Under the pieces are notes generated by a model. That model was not told where the DNA came from and made no database searches. It saw only the letters and a list, made by a program, of their open reading frames with translations. A stretch of DNA of 64,000 nucleotides from Bryobacterales bacterium (GTDB taxonomy: Bacteria; Acidobacteriota; Terriglobia; Bryobacterales; UBA6623). This document shows positions 54,908-64,000 of this stretch, in pieces. Every line of letters begins with the position of its first letter. Positions within the stretch are counted from its first letter, which is position 1. The translations under genes were made by a program, and so were the position numbers. Where the stretch lies: contig OY729428.2 in assembly GCA_963422375.2 (NCBI GenBank), positions 1,312,001 through 1,376,000 of the forward strand, given 5' to 3'.

Positions 54908-55891
54908 TCACCGGCGCCGGGGGCCGGTCAGTTCCCACCACCTTCCGCCGTCGGTCGTCTTGAGCACTCCGCCCTCGCCGGCGTAGTACAGGGTCGGCGG
55001 GGCGGTCTTGGAGTCGAACACCAAGGCCCACGTCCTGTTCGACCACTGCAGGCCGGCTCGCCTGAAGGTACGCCCGCGGTCGTCGCTGCGGAATACCCCC
55101 TTGGTCGTGCCCGCGAACACTCGATCCGGCTCGGCGGGATCGACCGTCAGGGCGAGAATCCGCTGCAGAAGCGGGGTCTTCGATGAGAGCCAGGTCCAGC
55201 CTCCGTCGGCCGACCTGTGGACGCCGCCCGGATCGGTTGCCGCGTAGACGACCTGCGGATCGGCGGGATTGATCGCGATGGCTCGCACGTCGATGTCGTA
55301 CAGACCGTCGGGATTCGCTTGCCAGGTCTGTCCGGCATCCGTAGTCCTGTAGATGCCGTGCCAGGTGCCTGCGTAGAGCGTCGCGGAATCGTCCGGGTCG
55401 CCGACCAGGCAGCGCAGAGTCTTGTCGATCAGCCCCCGGTTGACCTCGCGCCAGGTCGTGCCGCCGTCCACGGACTTGTAGACACCGCCTCCGTCCGTGC
55501 CGGCATAGACGACGCGACCGTCGGAAGGATCGATCACCAAGCCCCGGATTCTCAGGTTGGAGATGCCGGCGCTGGCCTTGGACCAGGTCCGTCCGGCGTC
55601 GGTGGACCTGTAGACGCCCATCTCGTAGGTGCCCGCGTACAGCATGTCCGGATTCGCCCGGTCGAGGGCGATGGCGCGCGGGGACAGGGCCTCCAGCCCC
55701 GTGGACGGCCAGCCGTCCTTGCCGCCGCTGGTGGTCTTGCAGAGACCCCGCGCGGCCCCGACGTAGATGGTTAGCGGATCGCTGGGGTGCAGGGCGACAG
55801 CCTGCGCCTCGCCTCCGCCCGGGGAGCCCATCTGCGCCAGCGCGGCAGGCGCTGCCAGCGCGAGGGCGACTCCGATCAGCGCGGGCCTCAT
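54908..55891 (-). CDS. Secreted BNR/VPS10 beta-propeller protein
   Basis: Repeated S.DGG.TW Asp-boxes. Confidence 0.88.
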   Translation of the reverse strand: MRPALIGVALALAAPAALAQMGSPGGGEAQAVALHPSDPLTIYVGAARGLCKTTSGGKDGWPSTGLEALSPRAIALDRANPDMLYAGTYEMGVYRSTDAGRTWSKASAGISNLRIRGLVIDPSDGRVVYAGTDGGGVYKSVDGGTTWREVNRGLIDKTLRCLVGDPDDSATLYAGTWHGIYRTTDAGQTWQANPDGLYDIDVRAIAINPADPQVVYAATDPGGVHRSADGGWTWLSSKTPLLQRILALTVDPAEPDRVFAGTTKGVFRSDDRGRTFRRAGLQWSNRTWALVFDSKTAPPTLYYAGEGGVLKTTDGGRWWELTGPRRR

Positions 55892-55900
55892 CCTGCGGCC

Positions 55901-57829
55901 CTAGGGCGACTTCCAAGGGAACGCGTAGCGAGGGGCCGACGCGAAGCGCTCCATCCGCACCCGTATCTCGATTCCCGCCCCGGGTTCCAAGTCCACCTGG
56001 AAGTGCGTGCCGTTGACCGTCGTCGTCCGGTCCTCGAGCGCGCCCTCCTCGGGAGGGTAGGAGCCGCGGATCCAGGTGTCTGGGGATCGGTGCGAGACGT
56101 CCACGATGCGATGCTCGCCGTAGGCCCCACCCTGGACGATCACCCGGCGCCGCTCGAAGAGGTTGGTGTTGACCAGTTCGATCCGCGCCGAGTCGGCGCC
56201 GATGCGCGTGACTAGGGCCGCCACGCCTTGCGGCAGGCCCGCCTGCCGCCGGTCCGGGTCGAAGTAGCGTACGTACGAGTGCAGCATCTCACCGCGCTTG
56301 TGCACGGGCAGGCCTGCGATGGTCAGGCGGGCGAGGTTGTCTGTCGGCAGGGGGTCGAGCGCGAGCCAGTGGGCGTCGAACCATGTCTCCGGGTCGCCGT
56401 GCTCGTTGAGGATGCGGGCGAGCTTGCGCTGGACGAAGGCCAGGTCGCGGCGAAAGGCCTCGACCGGGAAGCGCGCGTTCCTCCCCCGCACGAAGAACGC
56501 CCAGCCTAGGTCGGGATCCCGGATGCCGCCGTCGTCCGCCAGTGAGCCGAGGCGCTCGACCTGCTCCCAGTCCGAGTCGGACTGGGACATGTGCCAGAGC
56601 TGCACGTAGGGGTACGCGGATTCCTGCACGAAGTGGTGCCAGCCGCGCTCGGCGTCGTAGCGCGAGGGCACGAGCGCCGCGCCGCCCCTGGTCTCGCCCC
56701 TCGCCCTCATCACGGCCGCTTGGCTCCGCGGCAGGTCCAGCCAATGGAATTGCCCCGTCAGCAGCACCGCGACCTTGGCGGCGGTGAGCGTCGCCAGCAC
56801 GATATCCGTGCCGCCGCGCGGCCACTTCCAGCCGTAGTAGCCGCCCCACCAGTCGCCGCCCGTGTACTCGCCGATCCGACCGCTCTGCCCGACGTTGTCA
56901 GGCGTGATCCCGCCGTTCGCCTCGGTCAGCTCGATCCACTCGCCCAGGTAGTCGGCGACCCAACGGCGGTACCTGTCGTCGCGGGTGTAGAGGTACGCGT
57001 TCGCGATCAGCGGGGCCGCCGTGAGGTTGATCGGCACGTCCCCCTTGGCCATGCGGTCGCTCATGGTTTGCACGATCCGCCCGAACTGGTCGTCTTCGGG
57101 GTGGTCGTTGATCCAGCCGGAGGGGGATTCCACGCCCGGGATGTCGTCGAAGGGCAGGTGGTAGGAGGCTAGGTTCGCGTTCGTCGGAATCCAGTCGCGC
57201 TTGGTCCATTGCATCTTCGGGCCCCGGCTTCCCGTCATCGAGGCGCGCATCAGCCTCCGCTCGGGGTCGTAGTTCGGGGCCTCGGGATCGTCGCCGGTGT
57301 ACATCGCGGCGAATCGGACGGCGCGGTCGCGGAAGACGGCGTCGAACGGGTCCGCCATGCCCATCGGGTAGAGGGAGACGTAGCCCTCGCCGTGATGCAT
57401 CCAGTCCCAGTTGCTGTCGAACTCCCTGTAGATCTGCCCGTAGCGCGTGAACTGCCGCGTGATGCCCTCCCAGACCCGGCGGTGCAGGGTGTCGAGCTCC
57501 TTGGAGCCGCCGAGTACGTGGTGGAGCGAAAAGCCGCGGAAGCCCTCGTAGGCGTCGTCGGAGGAGTTCATGCCTCCTTCGTAGCGCTCCCTCCAGCGGA
57601 GCGTGCCGTCGGGGCGGACGTACGCCCTGTGGAACGCGAGACCCGCTCGATCCATGGTCTCGATCAGGTGGCGCTGCATGACGGCCCAGTCCGGGGCGGG
57701 TCGCGGCAGGTCCGCTCGTACCACCGGGATGGTCTCCGGAGCAGGGCGCTCCGCGACGCTCGGCGATGCCACCAGCGCGACGGCCGCTGCGACCGCCGCC
57801 GCCCGAAGGAACGCAGCCGAACGCATCAC
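55901..57829 (-). CDS. Secreted hypothetical protein
   Basis: Signal peptide; long ORF with DDAYE and DWMHHGEG motifs; function not recognised. Confidence 0.8.
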   Translation of the reverse strand: MMRSAAFLRAAAVAAAVALVASPSVAERPAPETIPVVRADLPRPAPDWAVMQRHLIETMDRAGLAFHRAYVRPDGTLRWRERYEGGMNSSDDAYEGFRGFSLHHVLGGSKELDTLHRRVWEGITRQFTRYGQIYREFDSNWDWMHHGEGYVSLYPMGMADPFDAVFRDRAVRFAAMYTGDDPEAPNYDPERRLMRASMTGSRGPKMQWTKRDWIPTNANLASYHLPFDDIPGVESPSGWINDHPEDDQFGRIVQTMSDRMAKGDVPINLTAAPLIANAYLYTRDDRYRRWVADYLGEWIELTEANGGITPDNVGQSGRIGEYTGGDWWGGYYGWKWPRGGTDIVLATLTAAKVAVLLTGQFHWLDLPRSQAAVMRARGETRGGAALVPSRYDAERGWHHFVQESAYPYVQLWHMSQSDSDWEQVERLGSLADDGGIRDPDLGWAFFVRGRNARFPVEAFRRDLAFVQRKLARILNEHGDPETWFDAHWLALDPLPTDNLARLTIAGLPVHKRGEMLHSYVRYFDPDRRQAGLPQGVAALVTRIGADSARIELVNTNLFERRRVIVQGGAYGEHRIVDVSHRSPDTWIRGSYPPEEGALEDRTTTVNGTHFQVDLEPGAGIEIRVRMERFASAPRYAFPWKSP

Positions 57830-58153
57830 GCCGTACTCTCCGCGCCTCTCGGTTCCGCCACCGGCCTTCGAGCGATTGCAACGCCGGGAGCGCCAACGAG
57901 CGCCGCCTGCCCGGCGCCCGGCTGATCACTGGGGGTGGGCCGTCGGACCGCCGCCGTTCTCCTCGGAGCCAAGCCACAGAATATCCGCTCGCCGGCCGCC
58001 GTGGGCCAGTGGAGGGGCGCACCGGCTGATGCTCCGCTTCCGCGAGTCGGCCCGCTCGGCGGCCGGTGTCCGCGGCGAACGCCAATTCAGGGAGACGGCT
58101 CGGATCCCGATGGAGGAGGCGCCTGCGGGCCTGCGCCTCCCCGCTAGGGCGGA

Positions 58154-58558
58154 TCAGCTGACCGGAATCAGGCGAGACGTGTCCGCCGGCTCCTCGCGCG
58201 GCAGCGTCAGCTGGAGGACGCCGTTCTCGTACCGCGCCTTGACCTCGGCGTCGTTGACGTCCTCGGGCAGGCGGAACGACCGCTCGAACTTTCCGCTGGG
58301 CCGCTCGAGACGGTGCCAGCTCGCGTCCTCGCGCCGGTCCGCGCCCTTGCGCTCGGCGCGCACCGTGAGTCTTCCGTCCTCGATGCGGATTTCGATGTCC
58401 TTCTGGTTCAGGCCGGGCAGGTCGCCCGCGAGGACGTAGGCGGAATCGGTCACCGCGATGTCGAAGTCCGGGGCCCAGCGGCCCTCGTCTCCGGCGGCTC
58501 CGAGAATCCTCTCGAAGTCCATCCAAGGGTTGAATGCGTGGTGCTGTAGCAGGGTCAT
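58154..58558 (-). CDS. Small heat shock protein Hsp20
   Basis: DLPGL..DIEI, FERSFRLP, YENGVLQLTLP; RBS AAAGGAG. Confidence 0.93.
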   Translation of the reverse strand: MTLLQHHAFNPWMDFERILGAAGDEGRWAPDFDIAVTDSAYVLAGDLPGLNQKDIEIRIEDGRLTVRAERKGADRREDASWHRLERPSGKFERSFRLPEDVNDAEVKARYENGVLQLTLPREEPADTSRLIPVS

Positions 58559-58595
58559 TGGTGTTGCTCCTTTCTGAAAACCCGCTGATGCCTCC

Positions 58596-58661
58596 ATTGT
58601 ATCCCAGCGGACGGAGATGTCAAGAGCTGACGTCAAAAAATATGAGTAAGTAGCTATCAAT
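58596..58661 (-). promoter_or_regulatory. hsp20 sigma70 promoter with upstream HAIR-like inverted repeat
   Basis: TTGACA-16-TACAAT; ATTGATA-N7-ACTCATA at 58641-61. Confidence 0.65.
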
Positions 58662-58923
58662 TTATCTGCATCAGTTGATTGACACCCGGTCAAGCAGACC
58701 GCCGCGCCGAGCCTCCTTCCGGTGAGGTCCTCCTTCCGGGTGTCTCGTCGGGACGCGGCCCCGCGACGGGCCCGCGGCGGTCGGGTCGGACGAGGACTCG
58801 GGAATCGTTCGGCGGTCCGCGCCGAAGTCGCTTCGAGCCGCCCCGGCCGGGGTGCCCGGCTGCCCGGAGCGGACTCCAGGAGCGTGCCCTGGGGTGGTAT
58901 CATCAGCCTCGGAGGTTGGTCAG

Positions 58924-59880
58924 GTGAACCGTAGAAGCTTCCTTGGCAGTACTTTGGCGGGCGCGTCGGGACTGGCGGGCGCTTCGCGCGCCGCGGCTGG
59001 GACGCGGGGATCTGTGCCCACGCGGGTCTTTGGCAAGACAGGGGAAGAGCTCACTGTCATCGGACAGGCCGGGGGGCGCTTCCCGCTCTGTTCCTTCGAG
59101 CAGGCCAAGCGGGTCACGCTGCGGGCGTTCGAACTGGGGATCAACTACTTCGACAACGCCCACAGCTACTGGAACGGGCGGTCGGAGGAGGTCTTCGGCG
59201 AAGTCCTTCCGCAGTTCCGCAAGGACGTGTTCATCACTACGAAGAGCGTGGAGCGGACCCGAGCGGGCGCGGAGGCCGAACTTCATCTCTCCCTGAAGCG
59301 CCTCAAGACGGACTACGTGGATCTCTGGCAGATTCACGCGGTGGGCGAGATGGACGAAGTGGAGCGGATCTTCGCGCCCGGCGGGGCCATCGAGGCCTTC
59401 GAGGCCGCGAAGAAGGCAGGCAAGTGCCGCTTCATTGGCTTCACCGGCCATCGCGACCCCCAGGTGCATCTGGCGATGCTTGAGCGCTACCAGGATTTCG
59501 ACACGATCCTGATGCCGCTGAACGCGGCGGATCCGTCCTACTTGAGCTTCGAGCAGCTGGTGCTCCCCGAAGCGCAGAAGCGAGGCCTCGGAATCCAAGG
59601 GATGAAGAGCCTGGCTAACGCCAAGCTGCTGCAGTCCCTCAGCGTGAGGCAGTGCATCCAGTACGTGCTGAGCCTGCCGATCCACTGCCTGGCCGTGGGC
59701 TGCACGACCCTCGGGCAGATCGAGGACGACGTGCGCGTGGCTCGGGAGTTCGCCCGCTTCGAGCACAGCGAGATGGACGCGCTTCGGAAACGCGTCAAGG
59801 ATCTCGCCGGGGCCGGGCTCGAGGACTGGAAGCGCGACTTGGCGCAGGCCTCGAATAGGCCCGAATACGCAGGGGCGTAG
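58924..59880 (+). CDS. Tat-exported aldo/keto reductase
   Basis: NRRSFL; GINYFDNAHSY, SLKRLKTDYVDLWQIH. Confidence 0.92.
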   Translation: MNRRSFLGSTLAGASGLAGASRAAAGTRGSVPTRVFGKTGEELTVIGQAGGRFPLCSFEQAKRVTLRAFELGINYFDNAHSYWNGRSEEVFGEVLPQFRKDVFITTKSVERTRAGAEAELHLSLKRLKTDYVDLWQIHAVGEMDEVERIFAPGGAIEAFEAAKKAGKCRFIGFTGHRDPQVHLAMLERYQDFDTILMPLNAADPSYLSFEQLVLPEAQKRGLGIQGMKSLANAKLLQSLSVRQCIQYVLSLPIHCLAVGCTTLGQIEDDVRVAREFARFEHSEMDALRKRVKDLAGAGLEDWKRDLAQASNRPEYAGA

Positions 59881-60049
59881 ACCCGCGGGCGGGGCCGGGC
59901 GCCGTTCCGCCCGGGCCCTGCGGCGATTCGTCGGCTGCGGCGTGCGGACTCCGGCCATCGCGGCGGGGGCCCGGGCCGGTAGCCGGCCGTGTGTGCTCTC
60001 GACGGGTCCGGCCGATCCGGCCCCGCTGTCCTCGGCCTGCGGCGGCCGT

Positions 60050-61888
60050 TCAGCGTCCTTCGGAGGGTTGGTCGGCCGGGTCCCTCAATTCGATCCGAAC
60101 GCGGTTGAGCGCCATCAGGTCCCGGCCGTTCGCGGAGATCACCCGTATCCGCAGTTCCGCCGGTCCCGCCGGCAGCTGCACGCTGCCCAGCTTGTGGGTT
60201 TCGAAGAAGGTCCGGCCGGATGTCGGGCGCACGGTGTCCTTCAATGCTTGGCCCGCCACGCTGATCTCGAACTCGCCGCCCGCGTCCTCGACATCGCATC
60301 CGTAGATCGCGCTGACGTCGTACTCTCCCGACCGGGCGACTGCTACCTTCCACGAAACCGATTCGCCGGCCTCGCCCCACCCCTCGATCGTGTCCCAGTA
60401 GTAGGCGCCGAACGTGTACACGGTGGATTCTTCCACCGGCTGCTCCCCTAGCGGAGCCGGTGCCACCGGGGGCCGGTGATACGGCTGGGTCACGCTAGCG
60501 TGCCGACCTCGGTGGCGCGCCCAGCTGGGCCAGAGGTCGACCGGATTCTCCAAGCGGTCGCCGACCGGCACCGGGACGGGTTCGAACGACCTGCCGGCGG
60601 TCACCGCGGCGAGCCAGCCATCGAACTCCCTGCGCAGCGCGGCGGCAGTCGCCGGCTCCTCGCTGGCAATGTCGCGTGTCTCGCCCGGGTCTGACTGCAG
60701 GTCGTAGAGCTCGGGACCTACCAGCTTGTACCGCAGGCCGGCGATTGACCAGCGGGAGGCCGGGCCGGGGGCGTGCCGGTCCCAGATGTGGACGAGCCGC
60801 TCGTGCGGGCTCTTGTCCGTCTGCCCCGCGAGCAGAGGCAGCAAGCTGCGTCCGTCGAGCTGTCGGTCTGCCGGGGCGCTCGCCCCGGCGATTTCTAGCA
60901 GGGTCGGGAACATGTCCAGATGCGACCCCCGAGCATCGGACTTGCGCCCCGCTTCGAACCTGCCGGGCCAGCGGGCGAAGAACGGAGATCGGATGCCGCC
61001 CTCGTAGACGCTGCCCTTGCCGCCGCGGAGGCCCGCGCGGAAGTGGCGGCTGACCCCGCCGTTGTCGCTCATGAAGAAGACGACGGTCTCGTTGTGCAGG
61101 CCCTCCGAATCGATCGTTTCGAGAAGACGCCCGATAGCCGCGTCGCACTGGTCCATCAGTCCGTAGATCCGGGCGTCCCTGCTGGCCACGCCCTTGGCAC
61201 GGTACCTTTCGTGGAGTTCGTCGGACGCGAATAGCGGGGAATGCGGCACGTTGTACGCTAGGTACAGAAAGAACGGCCGGTCGTCGCGCGAGCGCACGAA
61301 CGTAGATGCCGCGTCGGTGAGCACATCGGTGATATGGCCGCGCACGCGGACTGGGTCCCCGTTCCTCATGAGCGCATCCGGCTCCCAGTACCGTTCCGTG
61401 TGCCCGGCAGTGAAGAAGATCGCTTCGTCGAACCCCCTCTGGTCGGGATGGTACCGGCGGTACTCTCCCAGGTGCCACTTGCCGAACATGCCCGTGCGGT
61501 AGCCCGAGTCGCGCAGCGCCTCCGCGACGGTCTGTTCTCCGGAGTGCAGCGTGTCCCCGCCGAAGCGCGTGTTGTACAGGCCGGTTCGGAGGTAGTGCCG
61601 GCCTGTCATCAGGCCGGCCCGGGTCGGGGCGCAGACCGGCTGGACGTAGAAGCGCGTGAGTTCGACGCTCTCGGAAGCCAGGGCGTCGAGGTTCGGTGTC
61701 TCGATTTCGCGGTTGCCGTGGCTCCCGAGATCCCACCAGCCTTGATCGTCGGTCACGATCAGGACAATGTTCGGCCTGGCCTCGGCGGCCAGCGAAGCTA
61801 CGACGCCGGCAAGCAGCGCCGACGCCCCCAAGAGACACCGGGCCGGTAGGAAGCTCCTCCGCCTTTGAGTGAGAAGAGGCCTGCCCAT
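60050..61888 (-). CDS. Arylsulfatase with C-terminal beta-sandwich domain
   Basis: TDDQGW, CAPTRAGLMTGR, GKWH, SDNG. Confidence 0.93.
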   Translation of the reverse strand: MGRPLLTQRRRSFLPARCLLGASALLAGVVASLAAEARPNIVLIVTDDQGWWDLGSHGNREIETPNLDALASESVELTRFYVQPVCAPTRAGLMTGRHYLRTGLYNTRFGGDTLHSGEQTVAEALRDSGYRTGMFGKWHLGEYRRYHPDQRGFDEAIFFTAGHTERYWEPDALMRNGDPVRVRGHITDVLTDAASTFVRSRDDRPFFLYLAYNVPHSPLFASDELHERYRAKGVASRDARIYGLMDQCDAAIGRLLETIDSEGLHNETVVFFMSDNGGVSRHFRAGLRGGKGSVYEGGIRSPFFARWPGRFEAGRKSDARGSHLDMFPTLLEIAGASAPADRQLDGRSLLPLLAGQTDKSPHERLVHIWDRHAPGPASRWSIAGLRYKLVGPELYDLQSDPGETRDIASEEPATAAALRREFDGWLAAVTAGRSFEPVPVPVGDRLENPVDLWPSWARHRGRHASVTQPYHRPPVAPAPLGEQPVEESTVYTFGAYYWDTIEGWGEAGESVSWKVAVARSGEYDVSAIYGCDVEDAGGEFEISVAGQALKDTVRPTSGRTFFETHKLGSVQLPAGPAELRIRVISANGRDLMALNRVRIELRDPADQPSEGR

Positions 61889-62164
61889 GGCGGCCCCATC
61901 ATATCCGCGCCCGCCGAATTCCATTCGACAATCGCAGATGACGGGGCTGCCGCGCCGGGGCGGGGGATTGGGGCAGTTTCGGCGTCACCCAACGCGTTCG
62001 GCTTCTCCGTCGTGATCGAGCGTCTCCAAACCAGCCCGGGATGGATCGCCCGGTGGGGCGCGACGGCCTTGTGACATACTCTCCCCCGCATCCGCCCTCG
62101 AGGCATGCACGCGGTCGCGCTCCGGCTAGGTCGAAGCGCGACCGGGAAGGGAAGGCAGCACGTG

Positions 62165-63139
62165 ATGTCGCACCGAAATTCGCGGAGCGGAGGGCCTAGA
62201 ACACTCCCTCTCGTCGCAGGTCCCCGTGCCGGCGCTGCGACTAGGCGATCGTTTCTCGCCGGCATGGCGTCGGTTTCTGCCGCTCTCGCGGACACGCCGA
62301 CGGTCGGCCTCGCCTTCGGTTCGTACGCGCTCTGGATGCTGACGTGGGAGGACTCGCTCGAGTTGGTCGGCCGCGCCGGATACGACGGGGTGGAGCTGGC
62401 GCTCATGCCGGACTGGCCCACTTCGCCGAAGCGCCTGTCTCGAACGGACAGGGCGGCCTTGCGCGGGCGGCTTGCTGACTTGGGATTGGACGTCCCCGCG
62501 CTGCTCGAGAACCTGCAAGCCTTGCACCCGACCCAGTCGCATGCGGAGAACTTGGAGCGGATCCGGCGGGCGATGGACCTCGGGGCGGAGATCGCAACAG
62601 GATGGCCTCCGATGCTCGAGACCGTTCTGGGGCGGCGGCCCGGCGAATGGGAAGAGGTCAAGAATCAAATGGTCGACGAGGTCGGAGAGTGGACCCGGCT
62701 GGCAGCAAGCGGGCGGACCGTGATCTGCTTCAAGCCTCACGCAGGCGATGCAGTGAACAACGTGGAGCGCAGCCTATGGCTGCTTAAGCAAGTCGGAAGC
62801 CCGTATTTTCGATGCACGTACGACTACAGCCATCTCTGGCTGGCGGGGCTTGACTTGGAGGACACGCTGGAGGCACTTCTTCCAGTCAGTCCGTACATCC
62901 ATTTGAAAGACGCCGCCGGGAAGACCGGGAGCCACCGCTTCCTGCTGCCGGGCGACGGGGCCACCGACTACGCCGCCATGTTCGGGAAGATGCGGAAGAT
63001 CGGGTATCAAGGGTATGCCAACGTCGAGGTGAGCTCGCAGATCCACAAGAGACCGGACTTTGAGCCGATCGCGACGGCCATGCTGTGCTACGAGCGGATG
63101 GCCTCCGCATACGGAGCAGCGGGTCTGCGGAGGCCCTGA
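62165..63139 (+). CDS. Tat-exported sugar phosphate isomerase/epimerase (start uncertain)
   Basis: TRRSFL; GYDGVEL, DYSH, IHLKD, FLLPGDG. Confidence 0.88.
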   Translation: MSHRNSRSGGPRTLPLVAGPRAGAATRRSFLAGMASVSAALADTPTVGLAFGSYALWMLTWEDSLELVGRAGYDGVELALMPDWPTSPKRLSRTDRAALRGRLADLGLDVPALLENLQALHPTQSHAENLERIRRAMDLGAEIATGWPPMLETVLGRRPGEWEEVKNQMVDEVGEWTRLAASGRTVICFKPHAGDAVNNVERSLWLLKQVGSPYFRCTYDYSHLWLAGLDLEDTLEALLPVSPYIHLKDAAGKTGSHRFLLPGDGATDYAAMFGKMRKIGYQGYANVEVSSQIHKRPDFEPIATAMLCYERMASAYGAAGLRRP

Positions 63140-64000
63140 CCCGGCGTTTGGGTCGGGTGTTCCGGCCCGCGATACCTGTTTGGCCGCGACTCGACTATCT
63201 CGCGTGGGCTGCCTCTCCTCCGTGGCGGCAGACCATCTCCCGGTCCAGCAAGCCACCTCGACCTGCAGCTGGCGGCGCTCGAATGATTCAAGCGACGCGG
63301 GGGCCTTGCTCTTGGCAAGAGCTCGAATTTGTCGATCGAACCCGCGAATCCGCCGGGCAAGCGCCACCTGCCTCATGCGTTGACCGTGCATGGCTCGGCG
63401 ACCATCGCGGATGCGGGCTTGAAGACTGATAGTCCGAGCTCGGTGGAAATGCAGTGTTGCGATCAGAGCTGCCGTAACAGGGTGGCACCGACAGGCTCAC
63501 CGGCAGCGAGTTCGCGCCAGGCGATTGCCTACCGTGGTTCGACGTGTGCCGAGCCTGCTCGGCAGGCGGGTCAGCGCGACAGAAGCATTGCTTGGCCCGT
63601 CCGGCGCACGGCGACTCCGACGAGAATACTGCCGGAGTGTGCCCTCTCCTGGATGACGGGTGGACCGGTCCGTATGTCAGCCGAATGGAGGGCTTACAGG
63701 AACCAGCTCCGACGTCCGCCACCTGAGACCGGATAGTCGCGCAGGACGCACCCCCGGACCGACGACGGAGGGACCCCCTCCCGCTGCACCTTCTCCTTCG
63801 GCCGCGACTCCTGCCGGAGGCTGCGGGCCCGCCGCCCTGGAAGACTCGACCGCGTTGCAGCGGCCTGAATTCGAGAAAATCCGAGAATCCGCACCCGGAC
63901 CGTTCGCTGATGGCCTCGGGCGTCGGAGAGAACTCATGTTGCACGGTCTCCCGGCATGGGCAGGTCGGCGTTGCGGTACTGCCGGCCTCGGAATACCCGC

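Noticed and set aside
63140..64000. Short ORFs at the window end
   Set aside because: No recognisable motifs; probably intergenic or degraded sequence

Overview
About 38 kb of this window (1-~38158) is the right-hand part of a very GC-rich HK97-type siphovirus prophage. The gene order is portal, protease, capsid, a lysis cassette inside the head-tail genes, tail, a collagen module, a lower-GC restriction/defence cassette, cI/cro, recombination, replication and a tyrosine integrase. The prophage ends at a 5'-truncated acyl-CoA synthetase that is probably the integration target. The rest is host DNA (selB, a VWA protein, sulfatases, Tat-exported oxidoreductases and isomerases, Hsp20, two frameshifted genes), with a gene content suggesting Acidobacteriota (inference). 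The standout is an apparent phage-encoded collagen maturation system at 14626-25048. A collagen-containing tail fibre is followed by a 642-aa protein fusing GT25 (COLGALT-like), PLOD-type glycosyltransferase and PLOD-type lysyl hydroxylase domains. Next come three paralogous collagen chains of similar length (two rich in G-X-K) and a second 2OG-Fe(II) dioxygenase. All calls come from motif recognition by eye; no database searches were run.
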